64,000 bases of DNA. Source: Ptychomitrium polyphyllum (taxonomy: Eukaryota). Under the pieces are notes generated by a model. That model saw nothing but the letters and a program-made list of their open reading frames with translations, was not told the DNA's origin and ran no database searches. This document shows positions 12,997 to 24,500 of the stretch, piece by piece. Positions within the stretch are counted from its first letter, which is position 1; every line of letters begins with the position of its first letter. Both the position numbers and the translations under genes were made by a program. The stretch spans positions 2,728,001 to 2,792,000 of the forward strand of contig OZ316776.1 in the NCBI GenBank assembly GCA_973851085.1. Reading direction: 5' to 3'.

Positions 12997-14290
12997 CATC
13001 CGTAGAAAAGGTCCTTTATGGGGTCATCATGATAAATTTCTCGATCCTATAAGCTTCCGTTTCCGCTGGGGTGGCATCATTGCTGTGGGTTACATCGTAC
13101 TTTCGCTTCTTATCATCTTTCTCTTTTCGTAACCTCTCATCCTCCATTTTGAGCTTCTTCTCATCAAGCACCACATTATCAGCCGCCTCCGAACTCCAGC
13201 TGGCAAGATTTTTTTCCACCTTATCAGCAGGTTTCTCTTGAATTAAAGCTTCCTTCCGTTCAATATTGGCTTGCATCAATTCAGTAGAAGCCTTAGCAGC
13301 CTCAATTCCAGCTTGGTCTGTGCAATAACTGTTCCTAGTAAATTGTTTACGACACATATATCCCCACTGATGGTCATTCCACTATGAATCCCAAACAGTG
13401 GTATGTTGATGACGACATCCTTCTGGTACTTGCACTCAGCACGGCAGTTTCCTGTCCCTGGATAATACGCTCTGCCTGCTCGCACTTGCCTTTCGGTTTG
13501 ACCAAGCAGCACTTCTACAGGGGGTCTATCTGCTGATGCTGCATCACCATACTTGATCATGATGTCTTGCTTAAGTTTTTGCTGTCACTTTCCTTCTTAA
13601 CCTCGAACACTTTATGTAACAACTCTGCCTGTAGGGGTGCTGCTCGGAGATGAATATCTTGTACCTTTTCAAAAGCTTCCTAAGTACGAATATTGAGTTT
13701 GCTTGAACTCATTGAACTGCCGAGATATCATATTTTGATTGTCGCGTGCATAAAACTTATAACATTTTTAATAGTTGAAACTACCTCCGAAAGTGGGAAT
13801 CCATCAATAAACAGTAGAACATGTTTCTCAAGACCTTTGGAAGAAGGAAGAATTCCTTTAGAAGGTGTTCAAATGGGTCATTGAAGAATTTTATGTTCGC
13901 CTTGGGATTGCTGTCATGAATGGACCTTGTTTCTGGGTCAGTGCGTTGAGTTAACATCCAAATTGAGCGAATACTTTCCTGTATCGTCTCAAACACGCAT
14001 ATTACGCACAGTTCGTGTGCTGCCTCCTCCAGTTGTACGCACACACTTCTCGATCTTAAAAAGTCCATTCGTTGGCTCTCACCTGCTTTCGCATTATCAA
14101 CCTTCCCTCCGTCTTTATCCTCATCTTCATCATGGTCATTATCCTTGTCTTGATCCATTTCAGTATTGCCATTTCTCTGCTCAAGCTGCTTGAGCTGCTC
14201 CTTCCGATGCTTACCTCCAGCCTCATCTCGTGCCTTATAAGTGTGGACTATCAACTCTCGAATGCTAATAATATTATATGTGTTAGCATA
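12997..14290 (-). pseudogene. SLU7: Decayed SLU7 (SMP1/2-like) splicing-factor pseudogene, C-terminal two-thirds
   Basis: Minus-strand fragments GKVDNAKAGESQRMDF, RVRTTGGGSTRTVRNMRV*DDTGKYSLNLDVNS, IHLRAAPLQAELL, KYGDAA..EVLLGQTERQV, RNSYCTDQAGIEAA, KDDKKRKYDV..TPAETEAYR and HDDPIKD are collinear with plant SLU7. There are several frameshifts and stops and a ~130-nt insertion near 13765-13895. Confidence 0.9.
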
Positions 14291-14699
14291 TATACATTTG
14301 AGGTTAAGACTGAGCAGGACGAAAGGAAAAGTCAAACAAGTGTTGGAGAAAGAAGACGAAGAGAGGGTTGAAGTAAATGACACTATGGCAGCGAGGAAGA
14401 TGGTATTGACAACGGTGATGAAACCAATTTGGATTAAAAGGAGAAAACTCGGAATAGCTGCAGCAACAAAGCAGACAACATGGATCGCACTTTGTATTCA
14501 CAATACGATAAGGAACCTTGGTGGTCTGAATGGAAGTATTATTACATGTGATAGTTTGAAACACTCTCCTCTAGAACTTGATCCATGTTTGAAATGGTGG
14601 ATTTAGCTTTTACAATAGCGGTTGATAAATCCTTGGCAGCCCAAACAACCATATTCTAGTTAAGTCACAAGAATGATCAGAATTCAAATCCACAAGGCA

Positions 14700-17600
14700 T
14701 TTGTTTCTGTAAAGATAGGTTCAGAGAAGAGTTGCTTTGATGTGTCACTCATCATAAGCAACAATTCCACTTCGATTCTGTCACTACAGGTATAAGGAAA
14801 GCATGCTTGCAGGTATGGTGCATAATGACTAAGATACAAAAATGTACAGTGCATTCAGTTTATCTACATTAAAGCAATGGAAAAGTTAGTTCAAGGCAAG
14901 TTTTGACAAATTCATAGCAGAACTCTTCTTAAAGTAAAAAAAGAAGAAAAACTAAATATGTGCAAAAGTTGTGATTGGTGAGACAATCTAAACAAGGTAT
15001 TCATGCTTCTTTATAGATTTTGGTTTCCAAACAAGTTTTACATTTTGATTCTAAACCTTATCCTTTTTGAGTTGATGATATATTGGCATTCATAAATTCT
15101 TGCAACAATCTACATATTAATTTTTTTCTATATAATTGCTTATTAAAAAGCTAATATCATATTGCTTTGTTGATGCCTTAAATTTTCTTGGTATCAAATA
15201 TGCTTTGTTCTTACAACTTTGAATAAGATGTGGAACATTTAATATGGAATTCTTATTCTACATTGCTTGCATTCAAACTATTTATGTCATTTATAACTAT
15301 TTCTCATCTTTCAACATTTATAATTATTTTAGTTTTTATGCACTATTCTTCATATTTCAACCAAAAATGTGAAATTACTCCATAAAAAAATGGCATTATG
15401 AGTTCTATATGCATTTATCTTAATTTTAATGCAATAGACTTATTTAGATTATGGCATAAACTAATTGATATAATGGTGTTATAAAAAATGGTAGTATAAT
15501 TTAAAATACTTGGACTTATTTTTGCAATTCCACAATCATTGAGCCATATTCTATCAAGTACAATCACGACTTCTTTTAAAACTAAAATTAATAATTTTCT
15601 TAGATGATGAAATATTTAGTTTATGGGCACATTTATTTTACTTACATTTTTTACCATAAAAAATATATAAGTACATTATACATTCACAAACCTTATTAAA
15701 ACATCAATTTGCAAAATAATGCACAATACAAAAACCTTGGCCAATTGTTCAAAATTATATTCAATTAGTGTAAATGTACATATAACATATTCATTTTGTG
15801 ATAAATATTGTGCATTCAATTTCAATGCCATTAACTCACATTAGGATTTGTTGAGGATTATTATTTTGGATTTTTGAAATCATATGTAATTTGGAAAAAG
15901 TTAACAATTCTTAAAACATAAGCCCATAAAATTTTAAACAATTTTAATTCCAAAACTATAGTTGTTTAAGATGTGATATTATTTTTTCCAAAAGTTCAAA
16001 TTAACAAAAAGGTGGAATTTGTGGAATTTATTAAAATATATCATTATTCTACAATAAACTCATCTTACAATGTGTTATTTCAATATTCTAAAATATATTG
16101 GAATAAGTACAATATGCTGCTTTTATTTTATTTTGTTAAGTTTCACTTATATTACACACGCCTATGATTTCCAATGGCTATTGCATAAAACAAGTTAAGA
16201 AAATCTTTTATTATTGAAAATTTTAATTTTGATATGAGTGCCCATAAATTGTTCAAAAGCATGGAAGAGTTAGTTTTATAAATAACAAACTTATTTATTA
16301 GTATCACATTATTACATTTAATTCTGCTCTGTGCTTATTCAACACCATGTTCACTGCATTTATAGTAATTTTTAAATTATATTATTACAGATTAAGTTTT
16401 TGATGATTGCATAATAAGAACAAAATTACTGATTGACGTAAGTAATACTTGATTCTTCAAAAGAAGATAGGAGTTAAATTCTTTATCAATACTAAAGTAA
16501 TATTAAAAAACATCCATGCATTTGTACATGGGTAATTAAATTTTAATTAAAAAAATATATATTGAGATATCAACTAAAATAAAAAATAGAAGATAAAGCT
16601 TTTAAAAAAATATTTTCTTTGAAATCAAAATAATCTAAATATTATATTAGAAGTTCAATTTTGAAGATTTTTTTTTAAATAATTATTTTTAAATTACAAA
16701 TTTTTCTTAAATGTTCAATTTTATTGTTTTATTCATTTAAAGGGAAAAATAAGAAAAGTTAAAAATATTATTTAATCAATATGAATATTTCTAGATCACA
16801 TACCTATGTCCTAATGCCATGAACATATGGTTTCATATGAATAAAGTACTTTTTTATATTGGTCAATTTTTAAATAAATGTACTTTTTTTTAAAAATGGA
16901 AGGCTCTCATAGAATTTTTATTTTATCCATCTTTTATCTATTCATTGAATGACAAGATGAATTAGCTTTTATTAATTTTTATTTCATAAAAATAGGTATT
17001 AATAGCACTAATAAATTCATTTGATTATAAACCTATCTAATGTAATAGAACTTTCATTAAAATTGAACTTATTTTTTTTTATCACAATCTATGACTCAAT
17101 TCATCTCAATTAATATTATAATAAGAACAATTTAGTAACAATCTTAGTTTTCACCTTAAGTGCTTTTACCTTCTTTAGAGTAGCACAATTTATAACTTTG
17201 TCATGTTGTTATTGCTCATCATCCTCCATCAACTCTTCCTTCCACCTTTACACACGTTGGATATGCACATTGCATAAGTAAACATGTATTTAATTATTTA
17301 TGAACAAATTGATCAATCATGGAAAAATTGGACATATAAATCAAGGATACAATCTAAAAATTGTGTAAAATATCATTGAAAGTCACCTACAATTGTGTCA
17401 CAAGAAAGAAAACATGCATTAAATATACCATATTTGTGAAAATTATATATTAATTTTACATTTGTGAACATTGAATTAATATGGCCTTCTATAAAAATAT
17501 GAGTAATGTTGAGTAGCTTAAGTTGTATCAGCTAGCGGCCCATACAACTGAATGGATGCTTAAATTTTTTTATGGATTTTTTTAATAAAAAATGAGTTAA

Positions 17601-19100
17601 AGACCTATTAGTTGCTATTGCTCCCCTTTATCTATTAACCTTATTCTATTTTCTTGTATAATATACTTTTTGTGACGAATACATTGAATATGAAAAAATC
17701 CATCCATCCAATTTAGGATTATAATATGCATCTTCTCCTTACAATGTTAAAAATCAATGGTGCAAAATACATTCTACATACTAAATATAATTGAAATTTA
17801 ATTTCTAAATTCTATTTTTGAATGTGCCTTGTATTTTTATATGCAAATGTCTAGTTGTATTGTGTATTGTATTGTATAAAATACAATGGAACATGATTTT
17901 TTTAAATGATATATTCTAGTGAAAATTTATTTCTTAAAAGCTTAGTATTAGTAATTGTATTTAAAGTATGGAAAGACCTATGGACCTAGAAGATGAGTTC
18001 ACAATGTTTTTGAGCATTATTGATATGAAAAATGGATATAATTCTTTTTATTGCTTTTGAAAAAAATCAGTTAAATAAATTAACTTCTTATGAATCTTTA
18101 ATATTATTTGGCATTTAGACTTATTCCAAAGGCCAAAGTTAGAAGTTTAAACATAGATGGTTCAATTATGTTTGTATCATTATTGGACTTTTGAATTTGT
18201 CAAAAATAATTTTGAAATAATTCTATTTTTAATTGAAAATTTTAGAATATATTACAAGGGATCAAAATTAGTTTTTATTTATCATCCAATGGTTAAATCC
18301 AAATGTACTATTAATGAAACCTAAATTGATTTAGATGGATCGTTAGTTAAATCTAAATGCATCTAATTTGAATCTTAATTTGTCTTCTTTTGTTTGGATT
18401 AAAGAAATTGGCACAATGATAAAAAAAATTACAAACAAGTTATGGACATTGCCAGATAGGATGCCTTAAACATGTCTAAACAATTGAACATTAATACATA
18501 TATAATAACCTCCAAAGTGTCTCAAATGAATTACTTTGCATTTGTATGACTACCGTAGACTCATTAAAAAGTAGTTTTTAATTATTAAAAAGCTCATTTT
18601 AGAAGGTATAGAGTTCTAACTTGAATTTTTACTTATTAAGATTCTTCTTTAGCAAGTTTGTAGCATATAAATGAATGTCAAATAGTAATGAAGACATATA
18701 AGAGGATCCATGTTTTTTCCTTCTTTAAGAAAACAAGTCTTATAATATTCAACAATAATAATTTTGATTGGAGACTTTAATCAAATAGCTACCAAAATTT
18801 TTTAATGGTTATTTTTTTACAATTTTCTAATTTTAAGTCACTACTATTCAACCACTCACTAGCCCTTTTTTAGTGATATTAGCAAGTATATTATCAATAA
18901 TAGTAACATCCTACTAAACCATAAAATGATTTAAAAACTATGAGAGCAAATCCCTATTGCTAATTCAAACAATATGTTCATTAAAGTGACCAATCCCCAT
19001 ATTTTTTACTACTAGAAATAATGTAAATAAAACACCCTATCAATATGAAAATAAAAGATATTGACCAATTCTAAAAATAAGGCATCAAAACCTTGTAGGA
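14700..19100. other. AT-rich intergenic spacer, probably old transposon debris
   Basis: Very high A+T, no credible ORF, abrupt compositional boundaries with the flanking genes. No TE family could be recognised. Confidence 0.45.
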
Positions 19101-19221
19101 TTTTACAATTTTACCGAAAACCCAAACATTAGCAACATCCAGTGATAATGTAGTGCATACTATCCAGTGATAATGCCTACACTATATCAATTCGAAAAAG
19201 CCTAGGGCCTTTATAACGTCC

Positions 19222-19235
19222 CACGTGGCACGTGG
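19222..19235 (+). promoter_or_regulatory. Tandem G-box/ABRE (CACGTGG x2)
   Basis: CCACGTGGCACGTGG lies about 200 nt upstream of the ATG at 19431. Confidence 0.5.
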
Positions 19236-19430
19236 TCGCCGATTTCTGACCTGATTCAAAATAAATTTAACGACGGGTCTGCATGCATGCACGTACGCAC
19301 GCTCGCTCGCACGCAGGGTATGTTTCTTAGTGTGAGCGCTATTTCTTGTGTTCGCAGTGCCGGGAATGGGGCGGACGAGGTGCTGATCAGCGCACAAGAG
19401 AGCAGGAGAATCCGCACCGAGGTAACCTCC

Positions 19431-21538
19431 ATGGGATCAGAATCTCACAATCGCTACGACCAGCTAAAGGAATCCGTGCGCGTGCTGCGTGCGCAAGTCC
19501 GCACCTGTCGCAAGTCTGAGAGATCTCCCCACGATGGCACCGCGCTTGTCACGTCTCATGAGGGGCTCGGAACCGCTCTCACCTCCCCCAGCAATGGCCC
19601 CGTGACGCTCAACGATGGCTTTCTTGAGGACATCGATCCGCAGGAGAGCTTCTCCATGCAGCACTTGCGCCTTCAGTTTAAACTTGAGCTTCAGGTATGT
19701 CAATTCGCTTGCTGGATGATTGAGGCGCGATGGGGATGAGATGGTCGTAGGATTGAAATGGTGTGAGTTTGTGGTGGATGGCTGTTTCTACCGTGCAGAA
19801 AAAGAAGGAGGAGATCAAGAAGCTGATTGCAAATCAGAGAGGGAGGTCACAGCAGATAGAGAATCTGGAGAATGAGCACAAAATGCAGAGGCGGAAGCTG
19901 GAAGCTCGGATTGAGCATCAGTCGGAGAAGATCTGTGCGCTTGAGGCCCAGCTCTCCAACAGGATTACTCTCCATCAACAGGTATCTCTTCTTCTCAAAA
20001 CTTTCACGTGAATTGACGCAGAAGGATGTAGAAAGTACTTGTATTGCAACAATGGCAATTTTTAGGGTTTAGACCTCTTTTCAGCCGCTCAAAGCGGAGT
20101 TTGCTGGTTGCTGTTACAGACAAATTGCCAAGATCGCTCTGAAAATTGTAGAGTACAATTTGGCATGATGGATTGCTGTAGACAGAAATTTCTACCAAGG
20201 CACGAGGGAAATTGTACTGTAATTTCAAGATTTCATAAACTACACAGTTTGGACTTTTTGATATTGAAAACGATGTTACGTATACTTGCTCTGGGATGGA
20301 ATGTAGGAGCTACAGGCACAAGCGTATGCATTTTCTGCCAAGCTTCGACAACTGGAGAACGAGAAATGCCACCATATAGTTGCTGTTAGGATGGAACATG
20401 TCGCCTCTGCGGCGTCCATTGAGGAGCATCATCGTGCAGAACTCAGCCAAGTAAGCCCAGATCATCTTAGATGAGTGTAGAGATAACTAAGTATGCGTGG
20501 TTCGTGGTCATGAGCTAGGGGCAGGTGCCTGACCATCCCAAAGCCCAGACCAGGCCCAGGTGATCTACGGTTTGAGTCTAAAGAGAGCTGAGGATGCGGA
20601 AGCGAAAGTGAAGGCGCTGGAAGCAGAGCTTGGGGGTTTGAAACAACGCATGGCCGACACTAAAGACTTGCTTCTGAAAAAGGCAAGCAACTTAACGTAC
20701 TTCTTATTTCCCAGTTTTTCAAATCTCTGATAGCTACTTTATTGAGTATGCTTTCATTGATAAGGATCATAGACACATGCTTTGATATTCAATTAGGGTT
20801 GTGTTTTTTCTTTTGTGTTATTTGCACCTGTTCATAATTTTCTTCATTCTCTTTTCTCCAGAGTGCTCAATAATGTTTTATTTGGAATGCAAGCGCAGCA
20901 GGAAATAACAAGTTTGTTAAATACAAGAATTGTGCTTAAAGTTTTGAGCTATAAATAGACTGCACGTTACGAGCTGGTCGTGGTCTGGAAATAATGTACT
21001 GTGCAACATGGGGTATTGGGTCGGGCAAGTGCAGGATGAAGAGTGTTGTTTGAAGACGGATAGAATAAAAGCTTCGTATGAGGGCCAAGTACGAGATCTT
21101 AGTATGAACCTGCACGCTTCATCTGTATGTGATTAAGTTGAAATAGTGGAATCTCTTAATGAATGGTGACAGGGGTGCTTACTAAATTCTCTGTGCTCAT
21201 AGGAGCAAGACTGAAGAAAGAGAAGGACGAACTAGAACGAGTGAAAATGGACTTAACCAAGCGACATACCCTGGAGTTGCAAAGTTACAAGATGCAGAAG
21301 GTAATAAATACGAGCATAAGATTATGTTTTGCTATTCACAGCCTTTGTGCCATCTAAGTTTATTTTCTTTGCCTTCTGTTGACCCTTGTGTGTTCTTATC
21401 GAGCAGGCAAGGGAGATAGATCAAGTTTCTGAACGTGTGCGAGCAGCAGTGGAGAGCAAGGACGCAAGCATATCACTGCTAAAAGAAGAACTAGCCAAAC
21501 AGCAGGAGCAGGCTGCATACTTGCTTGACATCTCGTGA
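19431..21538 (+). CDS. Coiled-coil protein (338 aa, 7 exons), tentatively CEP131/AZI1-like
   Basis: Exons 19431-19694, 19799-19981, 20307-20450, 20554-20682, 21035-21101, 21203-21300 and 21407-21538 total 1017 nt in one open frame, using a GC donor at 20683. The product is rich in E/K/Q/L heptads and ends EIDQVSERVRAAVESKDASISLLKEEL. The gene call is confident; the family identity is tentative. Confidence 0.75.
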
Positions 21539-24500
21539 TTTCGTATGGCAGTTTATGGCAGCTTTTCCGTAAGTGCAATGTAAGGCAATATTCGTTAAAG
21601 TGGCAATTTTCAATTTCCAAGATGCTGATTCCAAGTCCATTTCAAACATTTTGAGTTCTTGATGCTCTATATACATTCTAATCTGGTTCTATTGTCAAGA
21701 TGTACTCTGATATGATAGATTTAATTGCAAGTGTAGACAAGAATATGCAATTTGGTCACAGATAGAGAATGCAATCGGCAATGTGAAAACTGCCAGGATA
21801 ACATGTATTGCCTTGTATGTATTAAAGGTGGTTTCTGCCTTCCTCGAGAGGATTATGCTAGTTGGGACATTTGTGTTTTTTATCATCATATTGATACAGT
21901 ATCAACAAGCAACATATTTTTGTGTACGTACGTATTGATTATGTTGAGAGATTTTTGCTTCAAGATTGGTGTTATTAACTCATGGTCATTTCAGCGCTGA
22001 ATGGAGCCGTTGGCGATATTTAGCGAAATTCTGCGATTTAGGTGAATATCTTCATTTGATTGACCATATTTACAGCACGTTCTCTGTTCATAAAGTATCT
22101 CATTTCTTCCATGATGAGCAGTTTATTCAGTTTTGTTTTATAGAAAACTCTCAGCAGAGAACATAAAATAATTCAGCATTCACCACTCTCAAAAATGGTG
22201 CTCGAAGAATCGGCGCAAGGAAACCAACGAGACCAGCTCACAGGACCTCCTCCTTGATGATCAGATCGAGAGTTTTCTACATGCAGCAAAAGAGGCTCAA
22301 ATGATACTATTCAAATAGGATTGCGATCCATGAAACAACGGTAGTGGCTTCTATTCTTGTTTTGGGAGATGATGGGCTTGGGATCTTCTAAATGATCACG
22401 GCTGCAACACTCATTTCTATTAATCTGTCACTAAAGTGTTTCTTTCGTCTCGGTTTTCTTTCCCAGATCTTTTTGGGTAAACAATTATAATCTTGATAGA
22501 TTTTACATGAAATAACGATGCATATAATTAGTAGAAACAAAGAAACACAACTCAAAAATAAGAATATATATTCTTTTTGTTTATTTGTCACGTAATAAAT
22601 AATTGTTTTGTTCCTTTTTTAAAATTCAATACCCTGAAGCACATAATGTATTAGTTGATATTCATTAAGAACTTATTACATCAATCTTATAACAAACCAG
22701 TTCTGTAGGTTTTTTTGTATAGATAGGACCTATCCGACGGACATTCGACGAACATCAGGGCTGCTCGTACAGACATTAAGGCTTATTAGATGTCCTAGCA
22801 GTCGGGGTGGATGGATGGGCGGGTAAACAATCCTGCATGTTGGAGGAGTCACTGAAAGGTGCGTTTGAATGATGGCGAATTGTATTGCTGGAGGTGGTAA
22901 ATTATTGCACAAGCTGTGTGAACTGTGTGGGAGCTTCCAACTTCAAGAGGTTTAGAACCTCTCCAGCATCAATCAGTGACGACGTTGGCTTCAACAAACT
23001 TTAAAGATGGAAACTAGATTCCATGAAACTGCTGTGGTCTTTCAAAGTGTATCCAAATCCCAACTGCTTGCCTCTGGAGAATAGTTCAGAGGAGTTTCTT
23101 CCTTGTCTAGAATGTTGCACGAGTGTATTTCTGCAGTTAGGAAAGTGCACACACCGAGTCTTGAAGCAATCATTACTTATCCTACCATGCAAGCTCGAAG
23201 TCCAATTCTCAGTTCGTCAAGTTAATTCTCATAAACTTGGAATGTGATTCAGCTTGTATGTGACATGAATGCACTTGAATATAATGCAGCTTGTTGAATA
23301 TTCACGAGCATTCATGCTTTGTCTCATACTCATGAATATATGCGTTGCGTGTCGCATTATGGTTAGTCCAAATGGGCGTCACTGACGCACGGAGGGTGGC
23401 ACTCGAGAAAGGCGTCGTGAACGCCCCGTTCACGTGTCCCTTTCTGTGGCGAATTGTAGTTGCCATAAGGTGATTCAGAATACGGTCGAAGTTGACAAGA
23501 TGGCTATAAAGAAAATCAACTCCTGCCGCAGAGTTGGCCCTTAAAAGAGGTGGTCGATTGAGTAGTTTGAGAGTGGTTGTTTAGTGGGTTGCTCTGCTGC
23601 TGAAAGAAAATGACAGGACAGCTTTTAATAGAAATTGTGGAAGTAATTTTCTTGCTAAACAAGGACAACACCACACCTCTGAAACAAGGAGTTAAGCCAC
23701 CGTTAGAGAGTTCCTCCTGCTTCACGCGTTCGGTCCAAAGCATTCGTGATATGTGGGTAGTACAAGAAGATGACTTGCAAAATTTCCTGTGAGAAAATCT
23801 ATCAGCCTCGACTTAACCTTGGGATGATGAAGCAAACTTCGCTCCGTTAGAAATGGCCCGTCAACTGTACTTATACAAGCAGATAGCTGGCCTCTTCATT
23901 ACCGTCGGGATTTATTTCCACCTTTGGCACCGTGTCTACAATGTGCAGGTGTCAACAATTTGATGTGGACTTATGAATCTCCTCGGCAACAAGGTAACTT
24001 AGCGTACTCACTGCATTGTAACGATCTTGAGGAGGTTAAGATATGGTGTAGCTAGACATTTGAAGTTGGTAGACGTGTCCCAATCGGTTGAAATGTAGGG
24101 CTTCATGTCCCTGAACATGTTCCTTCCACCAAACGAGCTTCTGTTTTGTGTGATCGCATCAGACTTCAGGCCACAAGGAGGGAGATGCGCTAAGCAGGAA
24201 TGCCGCTGATTCTGAAATTCTCCGTAGAACAAGATTTCCTCGTCTGGCCAAACTCTTAGAGGTCGGATTACCCGGGGCATTGCCAGAGATGATCTTAGCA
24301 CATGAGAGTTTAAGATACTTGTGCCAGTATTAAAGTAATGTCAACACGGAGCCCACTCATGCTTTCCACCTTGCATAGCCGAATAATGACAGATAAAAGT
24401 CCTGCACATTCAGCTGAAGACATGATGAGTAAAATGACGGACAATAGTATTTAGTTCCATGATGAGAATTAAACGCTCCTTAGGATTACTAAGCAGAGAT

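Noticed and set aside
13781..14383. 200-aa ORF as an intact gene
   Set aside because: Only part of it is in the SLU7 frame; it then frameshifts and runs into an insertion. It belongs to the pseudogene.
14241..14606. Plus-strand charged ORFs next to the pseudogene
   Set aside because: No recognisable motif, and stops in the more coding-like frame. It cannot be supported as a gene.
19137..19175. Short direct repeat ATCCAGTGATAATG x2
   Set aside because: A small local duplication with no further structure; the one in a PCID2 intron near 6470-6510 is similar.
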